64,000 nt of DNA from Smithellaceae bacterium (lineage in GTDB: Bacteria; Desulfobacterota; Syntrophia; Syntrophales; Smithellaceae): NCBI GenBank assembly GCA_963667845.2, contig CAXXVL010000002.1:3328001-3392000 (forward strand), in the 5' to 3' direction. Positions 42,388 through 52,021 of this stretch are shown piece by piece. Below the pieces are notes generated by a model that was not told the origin of the DNA, did not search any database, and worked only from the letters and a program-made list of their open reading frames with translations. The position numbers and the translations under genes were made by a program. The stretch's first letter is position 1; every line of letters starts with the position of its first letter.

Positions 42388-42416
42388 ATTCTCGCTTATT
42401 TTTCGTCAGAAGTCAA
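42388..42416 (-). promoter_or_regulatory. Promoter of the riboswitch-pilD transcript
   Basis: TTGACT-N17-GAGAAT places +1 at about the start of P1. Confidence 0.6.
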
Positions 42417-42559
42417 TAAATTTATTGTGATTCCGATCACTAATATCCATGTCTATGCTCATTTCATACAGGAAATATCGCTCCTGCCGCCGTTTCTCTG
42501 TCGAGAAGCGAACAATAAATTTCTTTGCAATGCGATAGTCCTTGAGGTATCTGTTACTT

Positions 42560-43642
42560 ATGAATGACGAATACTATATGAAACTCGCTTTGAAACTGGC
42601 CGCCAAGGGGAGTGGCTATGTCAGCCCAAACCCGATGGTCGGTGCCGTAATCGTCAAGGATGACAGGATCATTGGTCTGGGCTATCATCGGTTCTGCGGA
42701 GAGAACCACGCCGAAATCAACGCCATTGAAAACGCAAAAGAAAGCGCCGCCGGGTCTACTCTTTATGTCACATTGGAACCCTGCTGTCATTATGGCAAAA
42801 CGCCACCTTGCACAGATAAAATTATTAAAAACAAAATTAAACGCGTCGTCATCGGTGCCACCGATTCCAACCCGCTGGTTTCCTGCCGCGGCATCAATCA
42901 ACTGCAGGGCGCAGGGATTGAAGTCAGAACTGGCGTTATGGAAGACAAATGCCGAAATCTCAACGAAGTCTTCTTTCATTTTATGGAAACAGGTCTGCCT
43001 TTCGTCACTCTTAAATACGCTCAAACGCTCGACGGACGCATCGCCACAACAACCGGTCAGTCACAATGGATCAGTTCGCCTTCGTCACTGAGATTTGCTC
43101 ATCAGCTGCGAGCCCAGCACGATGCCATCCTCATCGGAATTGGCACCGTCCTCAAAGACAATCCGACGTTGACGGTAAGAAACGTTCGAGGCCGTAATCC
43201 GTTGAGGATTGTTTTGGATTCCGGACTGGCCACCCCGGCCGACGTCAACGTAATGCAGAATCTTTCTCAAACGCCGACATTGATTGTTACAACCAAACCC
43301 TCTTCCGATCCGGATTTTCAAAAGCTTACTCGGGCAGGAGCCGACGTGGTCACGATTGATCCCGATGAGAGCAACCATGTTGACCTGAGAAAATTGTTTC
43401 CCCTTCTGGCAACCAGAAATATTTCTTCGGTTTTAATCGAAGGCGGCGCAGAAATAATTACGTCCGCATTGAGAGACAATCTGGCTAATCGTTTGGTCGC
43501 GATCATTGCACCGAAAATTATCGGCAAGGGCATAGAAGCGATAGGCGATCTAAACATCCGCAATCTTGAAGATGCAAAATTATTATCCGTGAGGCATGTA
43601 ACGAAGAGAGGCGCAGATATAATTATCGACAGTCGTTTATAA
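42560..43642 (+). CDS. ribD: Riboflavin biosynthesis deaminase/reductase
   Basis: PNPMVGAV, HAE, LEPCCHYGKTPPC and LIEGG motifs. Confidence 0.97.
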   Translation: MNDEYYMKLALKLAAKGSGYVSPNPMVGAVIVKDDRIIGLGYHRFCGENHAEINAIENAKESAAGSTLYVTLEPCCHYGKTPPCTDKIIKNKIKRVVIGATDSNPLVSCRGINQLQGAGIEVRTGVMEDKCRNLNEVFFHFMETGLPFVTLKYAQTLDGRIATTTGQSQWISSPSSLRFAHQLRAQHDAILIGIGTVLKDNPTLTVRNVRGRNPLRIVLDSGLATPADVNVMQNLSQTPTLIVTTKPSSDPDFQKLTRAGADVVTIDPDESNHVDLRKLFPLLATRNISSVLIEGGAEIITSALRDNLANRLVAIIAPKIIGKGIEAIGDLNIRNLEDAKLLSVRHVTKRGADIIIDSRL

Positions 43643-45242
43643 TCGCCGTTACGCTCATGGCAGCCTTAATGCCATCCAGTGCTGAACTGATAATTCCCCC
43701 CGCGTATCCTGCACCTTCCCCGCATGGATAAAGACCCCGGACATTTACGCTCTGACCGTCATCTCCTCTGCAAATACGCACAGGCGAAGATGTCCTGGTT
43801 TCCACGCCGATGAGGTGAGCCTCCCGCGAAACGAAACCCGGCATTTTTTTATCGATCTGCAACAGACCGCTCTGAAGGGCTTCAGCGACAAAGTCCGGAA
43901 GTACTTCGCAAAGCATGGAGGCCTTTACGCCGGGTAAATAACTGGTCCGGCCGACAGCACCTGTCGATTTTCGTTCAATAAACTCGGAAAGTCTCTGCGC
44001 GGGGGCATAATAACTGCCGCCGCCCGCCTCAAAAGCCCGCCTCTCCCAATGACGGCGAAAGACAAGGCCGCTGAGAGGGTTACCCTCCGATACAAAATCC
44101 TCCACGCGTATATTAGCAACAACTGCACTGTTGGCAAATTCGCCGTCGCGTTGACTATTGCTCATGCCATTCGTGACAACAGACCCCGGAAATGCGCTGC
44201 AGCCAATCACCTGCCCTCCGGGGCACATACAAAATGTATAAACGGATCGATCCCGTTCAGGGACTTTCGCCGTAACAAAATATTCCGCCGGAGGCAATGC
44301 TGCATGATTTGACCATGGACCGTATTGAATGGAATTGATCAGGGCCTGCGGATGCTCTATGCGTAAACCCATTGCAAAAGGCTTGGCTTCCAGTCCGACG
44401 CCGCGATCGAGCAATTTTTCATATGTATCGTCGGCACTTTGACCGATCGCCAGAATCACTTTGTCCGTCTTTATCTCATTTGCCGCATTCACAATCACCG
44501 CAGAAATTTTGTCCTGCCGGATCACAAAATCGGTTACCTGGTTTTCAAATTGAATGACGCAGCCCAGATCTGTCAGTTTTTTTCTCAGACGAATGATCAC
44601 TTCGCGCAGTCTGTCCGTGCCGATGTGTGGTTTTGCCTCAGTCAAAATAGACGGCGGGGCACCCATCTCCACGAACACTCTTTTTACCCAGCCGGCGTAA
44701 GGATTCTTTGTCCTGCTGGTTAATTTCCCGTCAGAAAAAGTCCCTGCCCCTCCTTCGCCGAAAAGAACATTGCTCTCGCTATCCAACACTCCCTGTTCCC
44801 AAAAGCTTCGCACATCTTGTATCCGTCTTTCAATAGGTCGGCCCCGCTCCAATATTAAGACGGAAATGCCCCTTAAAGCGAGCATATAGGCGGCAAACAG
44901 GCCGGCGGGACCAGTTCCGATAACGACGACAGGAGTTCTCCCCGATGATGTTCCGTTGACAGTGCCAAGCACCGGCTCAACGGCGCGTTCATCAACAGAA
45001 AGTCGGATCTGCATGCCGTCGGGAAGTGTATCCGGCAATTTCACTTCGACAGCTAGGCTAACCTCCGCCGCATAAACAAAGTGGGGAGGCCTGTTTCGCC
45101 TGGCATCCAAAGCTTTCTTGATCACAATAAGCGAGATAATATCAGACACCGGAATGCCGATTGCAAGAGCAGCCTTTAACGCCAGGTTCTCTTCACCTTC
45201 ATCTAACCTCAACTGCAAACCGTTGAGATGGATTTTTTTCAT
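43623..45242 (-). CDS. FAD-dependent oxidoreductase (uncharacterised family)
   Basis: GTGPAG, FGEGGAGTFSDGKL, FCMCPGG, ETRTSSP and GEGAGYAGGI motifs. Confidence 0.88.
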   Translation of the reverse strand: MKKIHLNGLQLRLDEGEENLALKAALAIGIPVSDIISLIVIKKALDARRNRPPHFVYAAEVSLAVEVKLPDTLPDGMQIRLSVDERAVEPVLGTVNGTSSGRTPVVVIGTGPAGLFAAYMLALRGISVLILERGRPIERRIQDVRSFWEQGVLDSESNVLFGEGGAGTFSDGKLTSRTKNPYAGWVKRVFVEMGAPPSILTEAKPHIGTDRLREVIIRLRKKLTDLGCVIQFENQVTDFVIRQDKISAVIVNAANEIKTDKVILAIGQSADDTYEKLLDRGVGLEAKPFAMGLRIEHPQALINSIQYGPWSNHAALPPAEYFVTAKVPERDRSVYTFCMCPGGQVIGCSAFPGSVVTNGMSNSQRDGEFANSAVVANIRVEDFVSEGNPLSGLVFRRHWERRAFEAGGGSYYAPAQRLSEFIERKSTGAVGRTSYLPGVKASMLCEVLPDFVAEALQSGLLQIDKKMPGFVSREAHLIGVETRTSSPVRICRGDDGQSVNVRGLYPCGEGAGYAGGIISSALDGIKAAMSVTAIINDCR

Positions 45243-45332
45243 TTTTTCACCATTGCAAAAATCGGATACATATTATAGGTGTAGTCGAACTATTGCTGTA
45301 GTCCAACAATTTGGATACAAAGGTATTTTCCC

Positions 45333-45833
45333 ATGCCATGGTATGCCGTACATACAAAAAGTCGTCATGAATACAAGGCCCATACCGGACTAATCAAAAA
45401 GAATCTGGAATCGTTTTTACCGGAGATGGAGGTTTGGAGCAAGCGAAAAGACCGTAAAAAAAAGTTATCTGTACCGCTCTTTCCGGGCTATCTTTTCGTC
45501 TCCGCCACATTGGACAATGAAATAAAACTTGCCATCCTCAAAACAACCGGGGTGGTTAAAATCCTCGGGAAAAAAGAGAACGCAGAACCTTTGCCGGTGC
45601 CGGAAGAAAAAATCCTTGCTATCAGACGAATCATGGATAAAAAAGTGGAAATGTTTTCCATACAGTATCCCAGGGAAGGAGAACCGGCCAGGATTTTAGA
45701 CGGTCCCTTTGCCGGTATCGAGGGAACGGTAATAAAAAGTGATCTCGAAAATGAATTGTTTGTCATTTCGATTGACCTGATGCAACGTTCTGTGGCCATC
45801 AAACTGGAAGGTTTTCAAATCGGCAAAATCTGA
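45333..45833 (+). CDS. NusG paralog (UpxY/RfaH/LoaP-type) transcription antiterminator
   Basis: WYAVHTKSRHE and PLFPGYLFV (NGN domain), KOW motif ILDGPFAGIEG; not in secE/rplK context. Confidence 0.9.
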   Translation: MPWYAVHTKSRHEYKAHTGLIKKNLESFLPEMEVWSKRKDRKKKLSVPLFPGYLFVSATLDNEIKLAILKTTGVVKILGKKENAEPLPVPEEKILAIRRIMDKKVEMFSIQYPREGEPARILDGPFAGIEGTVIKSDLENELFVISIDLMQRSVAIKLEGFQIGKI

Positions 45834-45944
45834 CGATCTTTTCGCTATTAACCTAAAAAAACTTGACATTATGAACATTATGCGCAAGATAGCATCCGCC
45901 GAACACAATTGAATAACTGGCAAAAACTGATTTGGGGATATGCT

Positions 45945-46154
45945 TTGAAAGGATATATCAAGATAAACAAAGAACTCTGCAAGGAGTGTCACCTCTGCAT
46001 TCACTTCTGTCCTAAAGGTCATATAGTACCATCCGGTGAGTATAACGCTCAGGGATATCACCCCGTCTGCGCCAGTGAAGAAAATGAATGCAACGGTTGC
46101 GCTATCTGCGCGACCATGTGTCCGGATGTCGCAATAGAGGTTTACCGTGAATAA
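45945..46154 (+). CDS. 2x[4Fe-4S] ferredoxin (delta) subunit of 2-oxoacid oxidoreductase
   Basis: CKECHLCIHFCP and CNGCAICATMCP; TTG start. Confidence 0.9.
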   Translation: MKGYIKINKELCKECHLCIHFCPKGHIVPSGEYNAQGYHPVCASEENECNGCAICATMCPDVAIEVYRE

Positions 46155-47205
46155 AGTATTGATGTCAGGAAATAATATTATCGGTGAGGCAGCGATCCGC
46201 GCCGGTTGTCGATTTTACGCCGGTTATCCGATCACGCCGCAGAACGAGTTGACCGAATACATGGCGGAGCATATACGCAGTGCTGAAACCGGCGTATTTA
46301 TCCAGTCGGAAAGTGAAATCGCCGCCATCAATATGATTGCCGGCGCAAGCGGAACGGGTGTCCGGGTCATGACATCGTCTTCGAGCCCCGGCATTGACCT
46401 GAAACAGGAAGGTATTTCTTCCATGGCGGCCTGCGAACTGCCCGGTGTCATCGTCAATATTATGCGTGGCGGCCCCGGACTGGGAAACATCCGTCCGTCC
46501 CAGGGCGATTACTTCCAAGCGACTCGCGGCGGCGGGCATGGGGATTACCGCACGATTGTTCTGGCACCGGCGACCGGCCAGGAACTGGCGGATCTGACTA
46601 TGGATGCCTTTGATCTGGCTGATAAATACCGTACGCCGGTCATGATCCTCGCCGACGGCATGATGGGACAAATGATGGAGCCGGTCATTTTTAAAAAACC
46701 CAAACCCAGAAATTATCCGGAAAAATTCATGTTGCGCGGCGCGGGAACGGGTAAGAGCAAATTCATACGCGGCCTGCTTCTGGATCCGATTGACAGCGAA
46801 GAACATAACTGGAAACTGGCCCGTAAATATCAAGCCATCACCAAAAACGAAACACGCCACGAAGAGCATTTGACCGAAGATGCCCAAATGGCTATCGTTG
46901 CTTATGGAACGGCTGCGAGAATCGCCAAAGGCGCGATTAAAAGGCTTCGCGAAAATGGCATGAAAGTCGGCCTGTTCCGTCCGATCACTCTGTGGCCTTT
47001 CCCGGAATTTAAGCTGAGAGCGCTTTCGGCCAAAATCAAAAACTACGTTGTCTTCGAGATGAGCACCGGACAGATGCTGGAGGATGTCCGCTTGGCTCTG
47101 CAGGGTTATGCCAACATTGATTTCCACGGACGTCCGGGTGGCGCAGTACCGACGCCTGCAGAACTGGCTAATGTCGTTGCGAGAATTTACGCCAAAAGAG
47201 ATTAA
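46147..47205 (+). CDS. vorB: 2-oxoacid:ferredoxin oxidoreductase alpha subunit (VorB-like)
   Basis: GYPITPQ, ESEIAA, TSSSSPG, RGGPGLG and GGGHGDY motifs. Confidence 0.88.
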   Translation: MNKVLMSGNNIIGEAAIRAGCRFYAGYPITPQNELTEYMAEHIRSAETGVFIQSESEIAAINMIAGASGTGVRVMTSSSSPGIDLKQEGISSMAACELPGVIVNIMRGGPGLGNIRPSQGDYFQATRGGGHGDYRTIVLAPATGQELADLTMDAFDLADKYRTPVMILADGMMGQMMEPVIFKKPKPRNYPEKFMLRGAGTGKSKFIRGLLLDPIDSEEHNWKLARKYQAITKNETRHEEHLTEDAQMAIVAYGTAARIAKGAIKRLRENGMKVGLFRPITLWPFPEFKLRALSAKIKNYVVFEMSTGQMLEDVRLALQGYANIDFHGRPGGAVPTPAELANVVARIYAKRD

Positions 47206-47236
47206 TGACGATCATATCGACGAGGATTCGATCAAA

Positions 47237-48010
47237 ATGTCAAAAATAGTTTTTCAACATCCTAAAAGTCTGAAACACAATATCTACCATTATTGCCCGG
47301 GATGCGGTCACAGCATAGCCCACCGGATTACCTGTGAAGTCATCGACGAATTGAATATCCGGGGCATCACCATCGGAGTTCCGCCGGCGGGATGCGCCGT
47401 TCTTGCTTATAATTACTTTGATGTCGATATGATCGAAGCGCCGCACGGGCGCGGGCCTGCCATGGCATCAGGCATCAAACGCTCACTTCCCGACCGTGTC
47501 GTCTTTTCCTATCAGGGTGATGGAGATCTCGCCGCTATCGGGATGGCCGAAAGCTTTCACGCGGCTAACCGCGGTGAAAACATCACCGTAATCTTTATCA
47601 ATAACGCCGTCTACGGCATGACCGGCGGGCAAATGGCTCCGACTACCATGCTGAATCAGAAGACAACCACCAGTCCAACCGGACGCAAACAGGAACTCGA
47701 CGGTTATCCGGTAAAAGTCAGTGAGATTTTTTCCCAGATTGGAGGCGTTACTTACCTCGAAAGATGCTCGGTCAGTTCTCCGGCCGGAGTCAATAAAACC
47801 AAAAAAGCCATCCGAAAAGCTTTTCAGTGTCAGATGGACGGGTTGGGTTTTTCCATGATTGAAATTCTCTCCATGTGTCCAACCAACTGGAAGATGTCGT
47901 CCATCGATTCCTGCAAGTGGATTGACGAAGTTCTGGGCAAGGAATTCCCAACCGGCGTCTATAAGGACAATATCGCCGCCCTGAAGAAAAAAGCGGAGGG
48001 ACAGTCATGA
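47237..48010 (+). CDS. 2-oxoacid:ferredoxin oxidoreductase TPP-binding beta subunit
   Basis: YCPGCGH, GDGD...NN, YGMTGGQ and CPTNW motifs. Confidence 0.92.
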   Translation: MSKIVFQHPKSLKHNIYHYCPGCGHSIAHRITCEVIDELNIRGITIGVPPAGCAVLAYNYFDVDMIEAPHGRGPAMASGIKRSLPDRVVFSYQGDGDLAAIGMAESFHAANRGENITVIFINNAVYGMTGGQMAPTTMLNQKTTTSPTGRKQELDGYPVKVSEIFSQIGGVTYLERCSVSSPAGVNKTKKAIRKAFQCQMDGLGFSMIEILSMCPTNWKMSSIDSCKWIDEVLGKEFPTGVYKDNIAALKKKAEGQS

Positions 48011-48546
48011 TCGTCAAGGCTTTCTTTTCGGGTTTCGGCGGCCAGGGCGTCCTGATGATGGGTATCAGCCTGGCAAATGCGGCAATGAATAAGGGATTAC
48101 ACGTCACCTATCTTCCCGCTTATGGAGCCGAGATGCGGGGGGGAACCGCCAATTGCACTGTTGCAATGGGTGATGAAGAAATTGCATCTCCTGTGGCATC
48201 GGAACCAGACTACCTCGTGGTGATGAATTCGCCTTCCCTCTTTTCCTTTCAGAATAAAGTAAGCAGTGGCGGAACTATATTTATCAATTCATCGATTGTC
48301 GATGCACGCCCTATCCGGCAGGATGTCAAAACCATCTGCATTCCCTGCGCGGATATGGCTCAGGAACTGGGCAACAGCCGTGTGGCCAATATCATTATGA
48401 TGGGCGCTTTCATCAAGAAAGCAAAAGTCGTTTCTCCGGAAATCTATCTGAAAAGCCTGGAAACGATCATGGGCAGCAGAAAAAGATCCCTGGCGGAAAT
48501 CAACCGCAAAGCGTTCGCTACCGGATTTGATTATGTTCAGGATTAA
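48007..48546 (+). CDS. 2-oxoacid:ferredoxin oxidoreductase gamma subunit
   Basis: GFGGQG and YGAEMRGGTANC motifs. Confidence 0.92.
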   Translation: MIVKAFFSGFGGQGVLMMGISLANAAMNKGLHVTYLPAYGAEMRGGTANCTVAMGDEEIASPVASEPDYLVVMNSPSLFSFQNKVSSGGTIFINSSIVDARPIRQDVKTICIPCADMAQELGNSRVANIIMMGAFIKKAKVVSPEIYLKSLETIMGSRKRSLAEINRKAFATGFDYVQD

Positions 48547-48563
48547 TTAAGGGTATTATTACT

Positions 48564-48995
48564 ATGGCAGTTAAACAAATTTCCGTATTATTAGACAACG
48601 TACCCGGCTCGTTTGCCAAACTCACCCATATTCTTGACACGGAGGATATCGGCAGAATAGCCGTATCCGCGGCCAGCATTGAACACGACAGTCGCGTCCG
48701 TCTGGTCGTGAATGATCCGGATCGCGCAGCGGCGCTTTTGAGCAGCTTTAATTTCAATTTTGAAGTAACGCCGGTTCTCGCCGCGGAAGTTCCCCTTCAT
48801 GCAGGTGGCATCAATGCTATTCTGAATCCTCTGGCCAACGCCGAAGTCAATATTTTGTATTTGTATACAACCGTCAACCGCATTGGAAAAGAAACCATCG
48901 TTATTATCGGCGTGGACAAACTTGAAGAAGCCAGAGAAATCCTTACGGAGAACTGGATCAATCTGATCGGCGACGAAATTTACTCAATTCCTTGA
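48564..48995 (+). CDS. ACT-domain protein
   Basis: QISVLLDNVPG, RLVV.DP and NILYLY pattern of tandem ACT proteins. Confidence 0.8.
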   Translation: MAVKQISVLLDNVPGSFAKLTHILDTEDIGRIAVSAASIEHDSRVRLVVNDPDRAAALLSSFNFNFEVTPVLAAEVPLHAGGINAILNPLANAEVNILYLYTTVNRIGKETIVIIGVDKLEEAREILTENWINLIGDEIYSIP

Positions 48996-49010
48996 TCTTA
49001 AGGACCCCCC

Positions 49011-49418
49011 ATGCCGGTTTCCGCAGAAAAAGATAGAGCCCTTGCGGCCAGGATGCAGGAACTCGGCATTTCCGAAGATGATTTTGTAGAATCATTTGTT
49101 CGTTCCTCCGGTCCCGGGGGACAAAAAGTCAATAAAACGTCATCCTGTGTTCATCTTCTCCACAAACCAACCGGTCTCGCCGTGAAATGTCAGCGCGAGA
49201 GATCACAAGCCTTGAACCGTCATCTGGCGCGACGACTCCTGCTGGACAAGATTGAAAGACAGCAAAAAGGGTTTGTCGAGGAAGAAAAGGAAAAAATCGA
49301 GAAGCTGCGTCGGCAAAAGAGAAAACGAAGCCGGCGGGCAAAAGAAAAGATGCTCGTCGCTAAACATCAGCAGGCCGAAAAAAAGGGGTTGCGCGGTAAA
49401 GTTATTATTGAAGAATGA
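49011..49418 (+). CDS. Peptidyl-tRNA hydrolase domain release-factor homolog (ArfB-like)
   Basis: SSGPGGQKVNK, RSQALNR and a basic tail. Confidence 0.88.
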   Translation: MPVSAEKDRALAARMQELGISEDDFVESFVRSSGPGGQKVNKTSSCVHLLHKPTGLAVKCQRERSQALNRHLARRLLLDKIERQQKGFVEEEKEKIEKLRRQKRKRSRRAKEKMLVAKHQQAEKKGLRGKVIIEE

Positions 49419-49439
49419 AATAGAAAAATATTAAAGGTG

Positions 49440-49526
49440 TCATTAACCCCGCGACGCTCTGCTCAGCGGGATAATTCGACTTGCCAATCTGACCGCGCTT
49501 CGCTTGGCAGATTGGAGTCTCATTAA
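49440..49526. repeat. Small GC-rich double-hairpin element flanked by TCATTAA direct repeats
   Basis: TCATTAA at 49440-49446 and 49520-49526; internal CCCGC/GCGGG and CCAATCTG/CAGATTGG stems. Confidence 0.45.
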
Positions 49527-49594
49527 TAAATAAAAAAGGGAGAGAAAGTCGATGTACGCTCCCCCTCCCTGTTTATGATATCTATAAAATTTTT

Positions 49595-49963
49595 TTAGCC
49601 AATGTACTTGAGCAGCGGATTGGCATAAAGGACGATCAGCGCGATAACCAGCGCGTAAATCGCCAAGGATTCGATCATGGCCAGACCGACCATCATGGTG
49701 AGAAGAATTTTACCCTGAGCTTCAGGATTTCTGCCGACAGCGTTCGTTGCTCCGTTTAAGCCCTGGCCCATACCATTACCGGTTCCGATTGTTCCAAAAG
49801 CAATAGCCAGACCAGCCGCGATTAAAGAACAACCGACAATGATGGCTTTTGTGTAATCAACAGTTCCTGTTGCAGCTGCAGCTTCCGGAGCTGCGAAGAC
49901 AAAGGGAGCGGAAACAATAACCAACACCATCGCCAGCAGGGAATAAACTAAACTCTTTTTCAT
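49595..49963 (-). CDS. atpE: ATP synthase Fo subunit c with signal-like N-terminal extension
   Basis: Gly-rich helix, RNPE loop and IESLAIY with the ion-binding Glu. Confidence 0.95.
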   Translation of the reverse strand: MKKSLVYSLLAMVLVIVSAPFVFAAPEAAAATGTVDYTKAIIVGCSLIAAGLAIAFGTIGTGNGMGQGLNGATNAVGRNPEAQGKILLTMMVGLAMIESLAIYALVIALIVLYANPLLKYIG

Positions 49964-50177
49964 GTATAGCCTCCTATTTTTTGTGACAGATTTATGCCCG
50001 GAACCGTTAATTTTTTTTTATCTCTTTTAAACCTCCCTTCTTTAAGATTTTAACGACTACCGGTCATTTGCCGATATTTTTAACGATCCTTCAACTGGTT
50101 GTCAAGGAATTTTTGAAAATATTTTTTAACCCAAGGCAAATCTTGATTTTCTGACGCAAGAGGTTTAAGAAGTACGC

Positions 50178-50645
50178 ATGAGAATACTAACGACACAGGA
50201 GAAAAACGCGGCAAGCATCATGCAACGCGACCTACCCCTGACCAGCAAGCCCTTTGCGGCAGTTGCTGATGCCTGTGGTCTTAATGCCGGCCAATTGATC
50301 AGTCTTTTAAGAGATCTCGCAAAGAACGGCATCCTCAGAAAAATTGGCGCCATTCTACGTCATCAAAATGCAGGTTACCGGAAAAATGCACTCGTGGTCT
50401 GGTCCATACCTCCCGGCAATGAGGAGGTTGCAGGACGGGCATTTGCGTCGCTGCCGTTTGTTTCCCATTGTTATCAAAGGGAGCCTGCGTTTCAGGAGAA
50501 ATATAATCTTTTCACGATGCTGCATGCTCAGAATAACGATCTTTCTGTGCTGATCGACACCATGACGCAGTTGATCGGCAACAGCGATTACCTCATTTTG
50601 GAAAGCCTGCAGGAATACAAAAAAACATCACCGGAGTATTTTTAA
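50178..50645 (+). CDS. Lrp/AsnC-fold siroheme decarboxylase subunit (AhbA/B-like)
   Basis: LPL...PF, VSHCYQR and YNLFTMLH motifs; upstream of hemL. Confidence 0.8.
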   Translation: MRILTTQEKNAASIMQRDLPLTSKPFAAVADACGLNAGQLISLLRDLAKNGILRKIGAILRHQNAGYRKNALVVWSIPPGNEEVAGRAFASLPFVSHCYQREPAFQEKYNLFTMLHAQNNDLSVLIDTMTQLIGNSDYLILESLQEYKKTSPEYF

Positions 50646-51928
50646 TGGATCACCAAAATGATGATGCTTTTGGCGAGGCCAGCCAAGTCATAGCAGGCGG
50701 CGTGAATTCACCGGTGCGCGCCTGGAAATCGGTTGGCGGCAATCCGGTTTTTATCGACCGTGCACAGGGCAGCAGGATTTATGATTCTTCGGGAAAAGAA
50801 TATATCGACTATGTTCTATCCTGGGGGCCGATGATTCTGGGTCACGCCCATCCGGAGGTTGTAACTGCGATCTGCAAAGCGGCCGGGAAAGGAACCAGTT
50901 TCGGCGCTCCCACTCGTGCCGAAACTGTGATGGCAAGGCTCATCTGTGAAGCGATTCCATCTATTGAGCGGGTCAGAATGACGAGCTCCGGTACGGAAGC
51001 CACCATGACGGCAATTCGTCTCGCCCGCGGCTACACGGGCAAGAAAATGATCATCAAGTTTGATGGTTGTTACCATGGCCACGCCGATTCACTGCTGATT
51101 AAAGCGGGGTCAGGCGTCACGACGCTCGGCATTCCGGGCTCTCCGGGAATTCCTGAAGAACTCGCCAGACTCACGCTGAGCCTGCCTTATAATGATATGG
51201 CCGCACTGGAAAAAGCAGTTGAGCGCCATGCATCCCAACTCGCTGCGATTATCGTTGAGCCGGTTGCCGGAAACATGGGTGTTGTTCCCCCGCAAGAGGG
51301 CTTCTTGAAAAAATTGCGGGAACTGACCTCCAAAAACAATATTGTGCTCATTTTTGACGAAGTCATTACAGGATTCCGCTTCCACTTCGGCGGTTACCAA
51401 AACTTGATCAATATCAAGCCGGACCTGACGTGCCTGGGCAAGATCATCGGCGGCGGTCTGCCGGTGGGAGCCATAGGCGGGAAAGAAGAAATTATGGAGA
51501 GACTTGCGCCGACGGGAGATGTTTATCAGGCAGGGACCCTTTCCGGCAATCCGCTGGCGATGAGTGCCGGAATCGTTACGCTGCAAATTCTGAAATCCAA
51601 GATCGCTTCTTTTCCGTCACTGGCAAATCAAGCAGACGGTCTGTGTCGCGAAATGGAAAGTCTATTTTCGAAGCAGGGCATTGCTGTCTGTATTAATAAA
51701 GTCTTTTCAATGTTTACCCTTTTCTTCCAGGAAGGACCCGTCAATGATCTAGCAAGCGCATTAGAGTCCGATATAAGCCTTTATGCTCGATTCTTTCACG
51801 GCATGCTGCAAAATGGCATCTGGCTGGCGCCGTCTCAATTTGAGGCCGGTTTCTTATCTTTTGCACACACGAGTGAAGACACGGATCGGACACTTGATGC
51901 CTGCGTAAAGACGTTGAAAAATCTATGA
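50645..51928 (+). CDS. hemL: Glutamate-1-semialdehyde 2,1-aminomutase
   Basis: GGVNSPVRA, SGTEATM, FDEVITGFR, GKIIGGG and YQAGTLSGNP motifs. Confidence 0.98.
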   Translation: MDHQNDDAFGEASQVIAGGVNSPVRAWKSVGGNPVFIDRAQGSRIYDSSGKEYIDYVLSWGPMILGHAHPEVVTAICKAAGKGTSFGAPTRAETVMARLICEAIPSIERVRMTSSGTEATMTAIRLARGYTGKKMIIKFDGCYHGHADSLLIKAGSGVTTLGIPGSPGIPEELARLTLSLPYNDMAALEKAVERHASQLAAIIVEPVAGNMGVVPPQEGFLKKLRELTSKNNIVLIFDEVITGFRFHFGGYQNLINIKPDLTCLGKIIGGGLPVGAIGGKEEIMERLAPTGDVYQAGTLSGNPLAMSAGIVTLQILKSKIASFPSLANQADGLCREMESLFSKQGIAVCINKVFSMFTLFFQEGPVNDLASALESDISLYARFFHGMLQNGIWLAPSQFEAGFLSFAHTSEDTDRTLDACVKTLKNL

Positions 51929-51936
51929 CCGCCTCA

Positions 51937-51965
51937 TTGACAAGCATCACTCAATACGGTATTAC
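51937..51965 (+). promoter_or_regulatory. Putative promoter of the nucleotide-sugar cassette
   Basis: TTGACA-N17-TATTAC. Confidence 0.5.
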
Positions 51966-52021
51966 ATCTTTCCTTTTTTCACCCAATACAAATACCTGCT
52001 GACCGAGGAGTCTACTAATCA

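Noticed and set aside
49595..49963. Na+-translocating c subunit
   Set aside because: Glu-Ser and Tyr are present, but the Gln and Thr ligand positions are Met and Leu.
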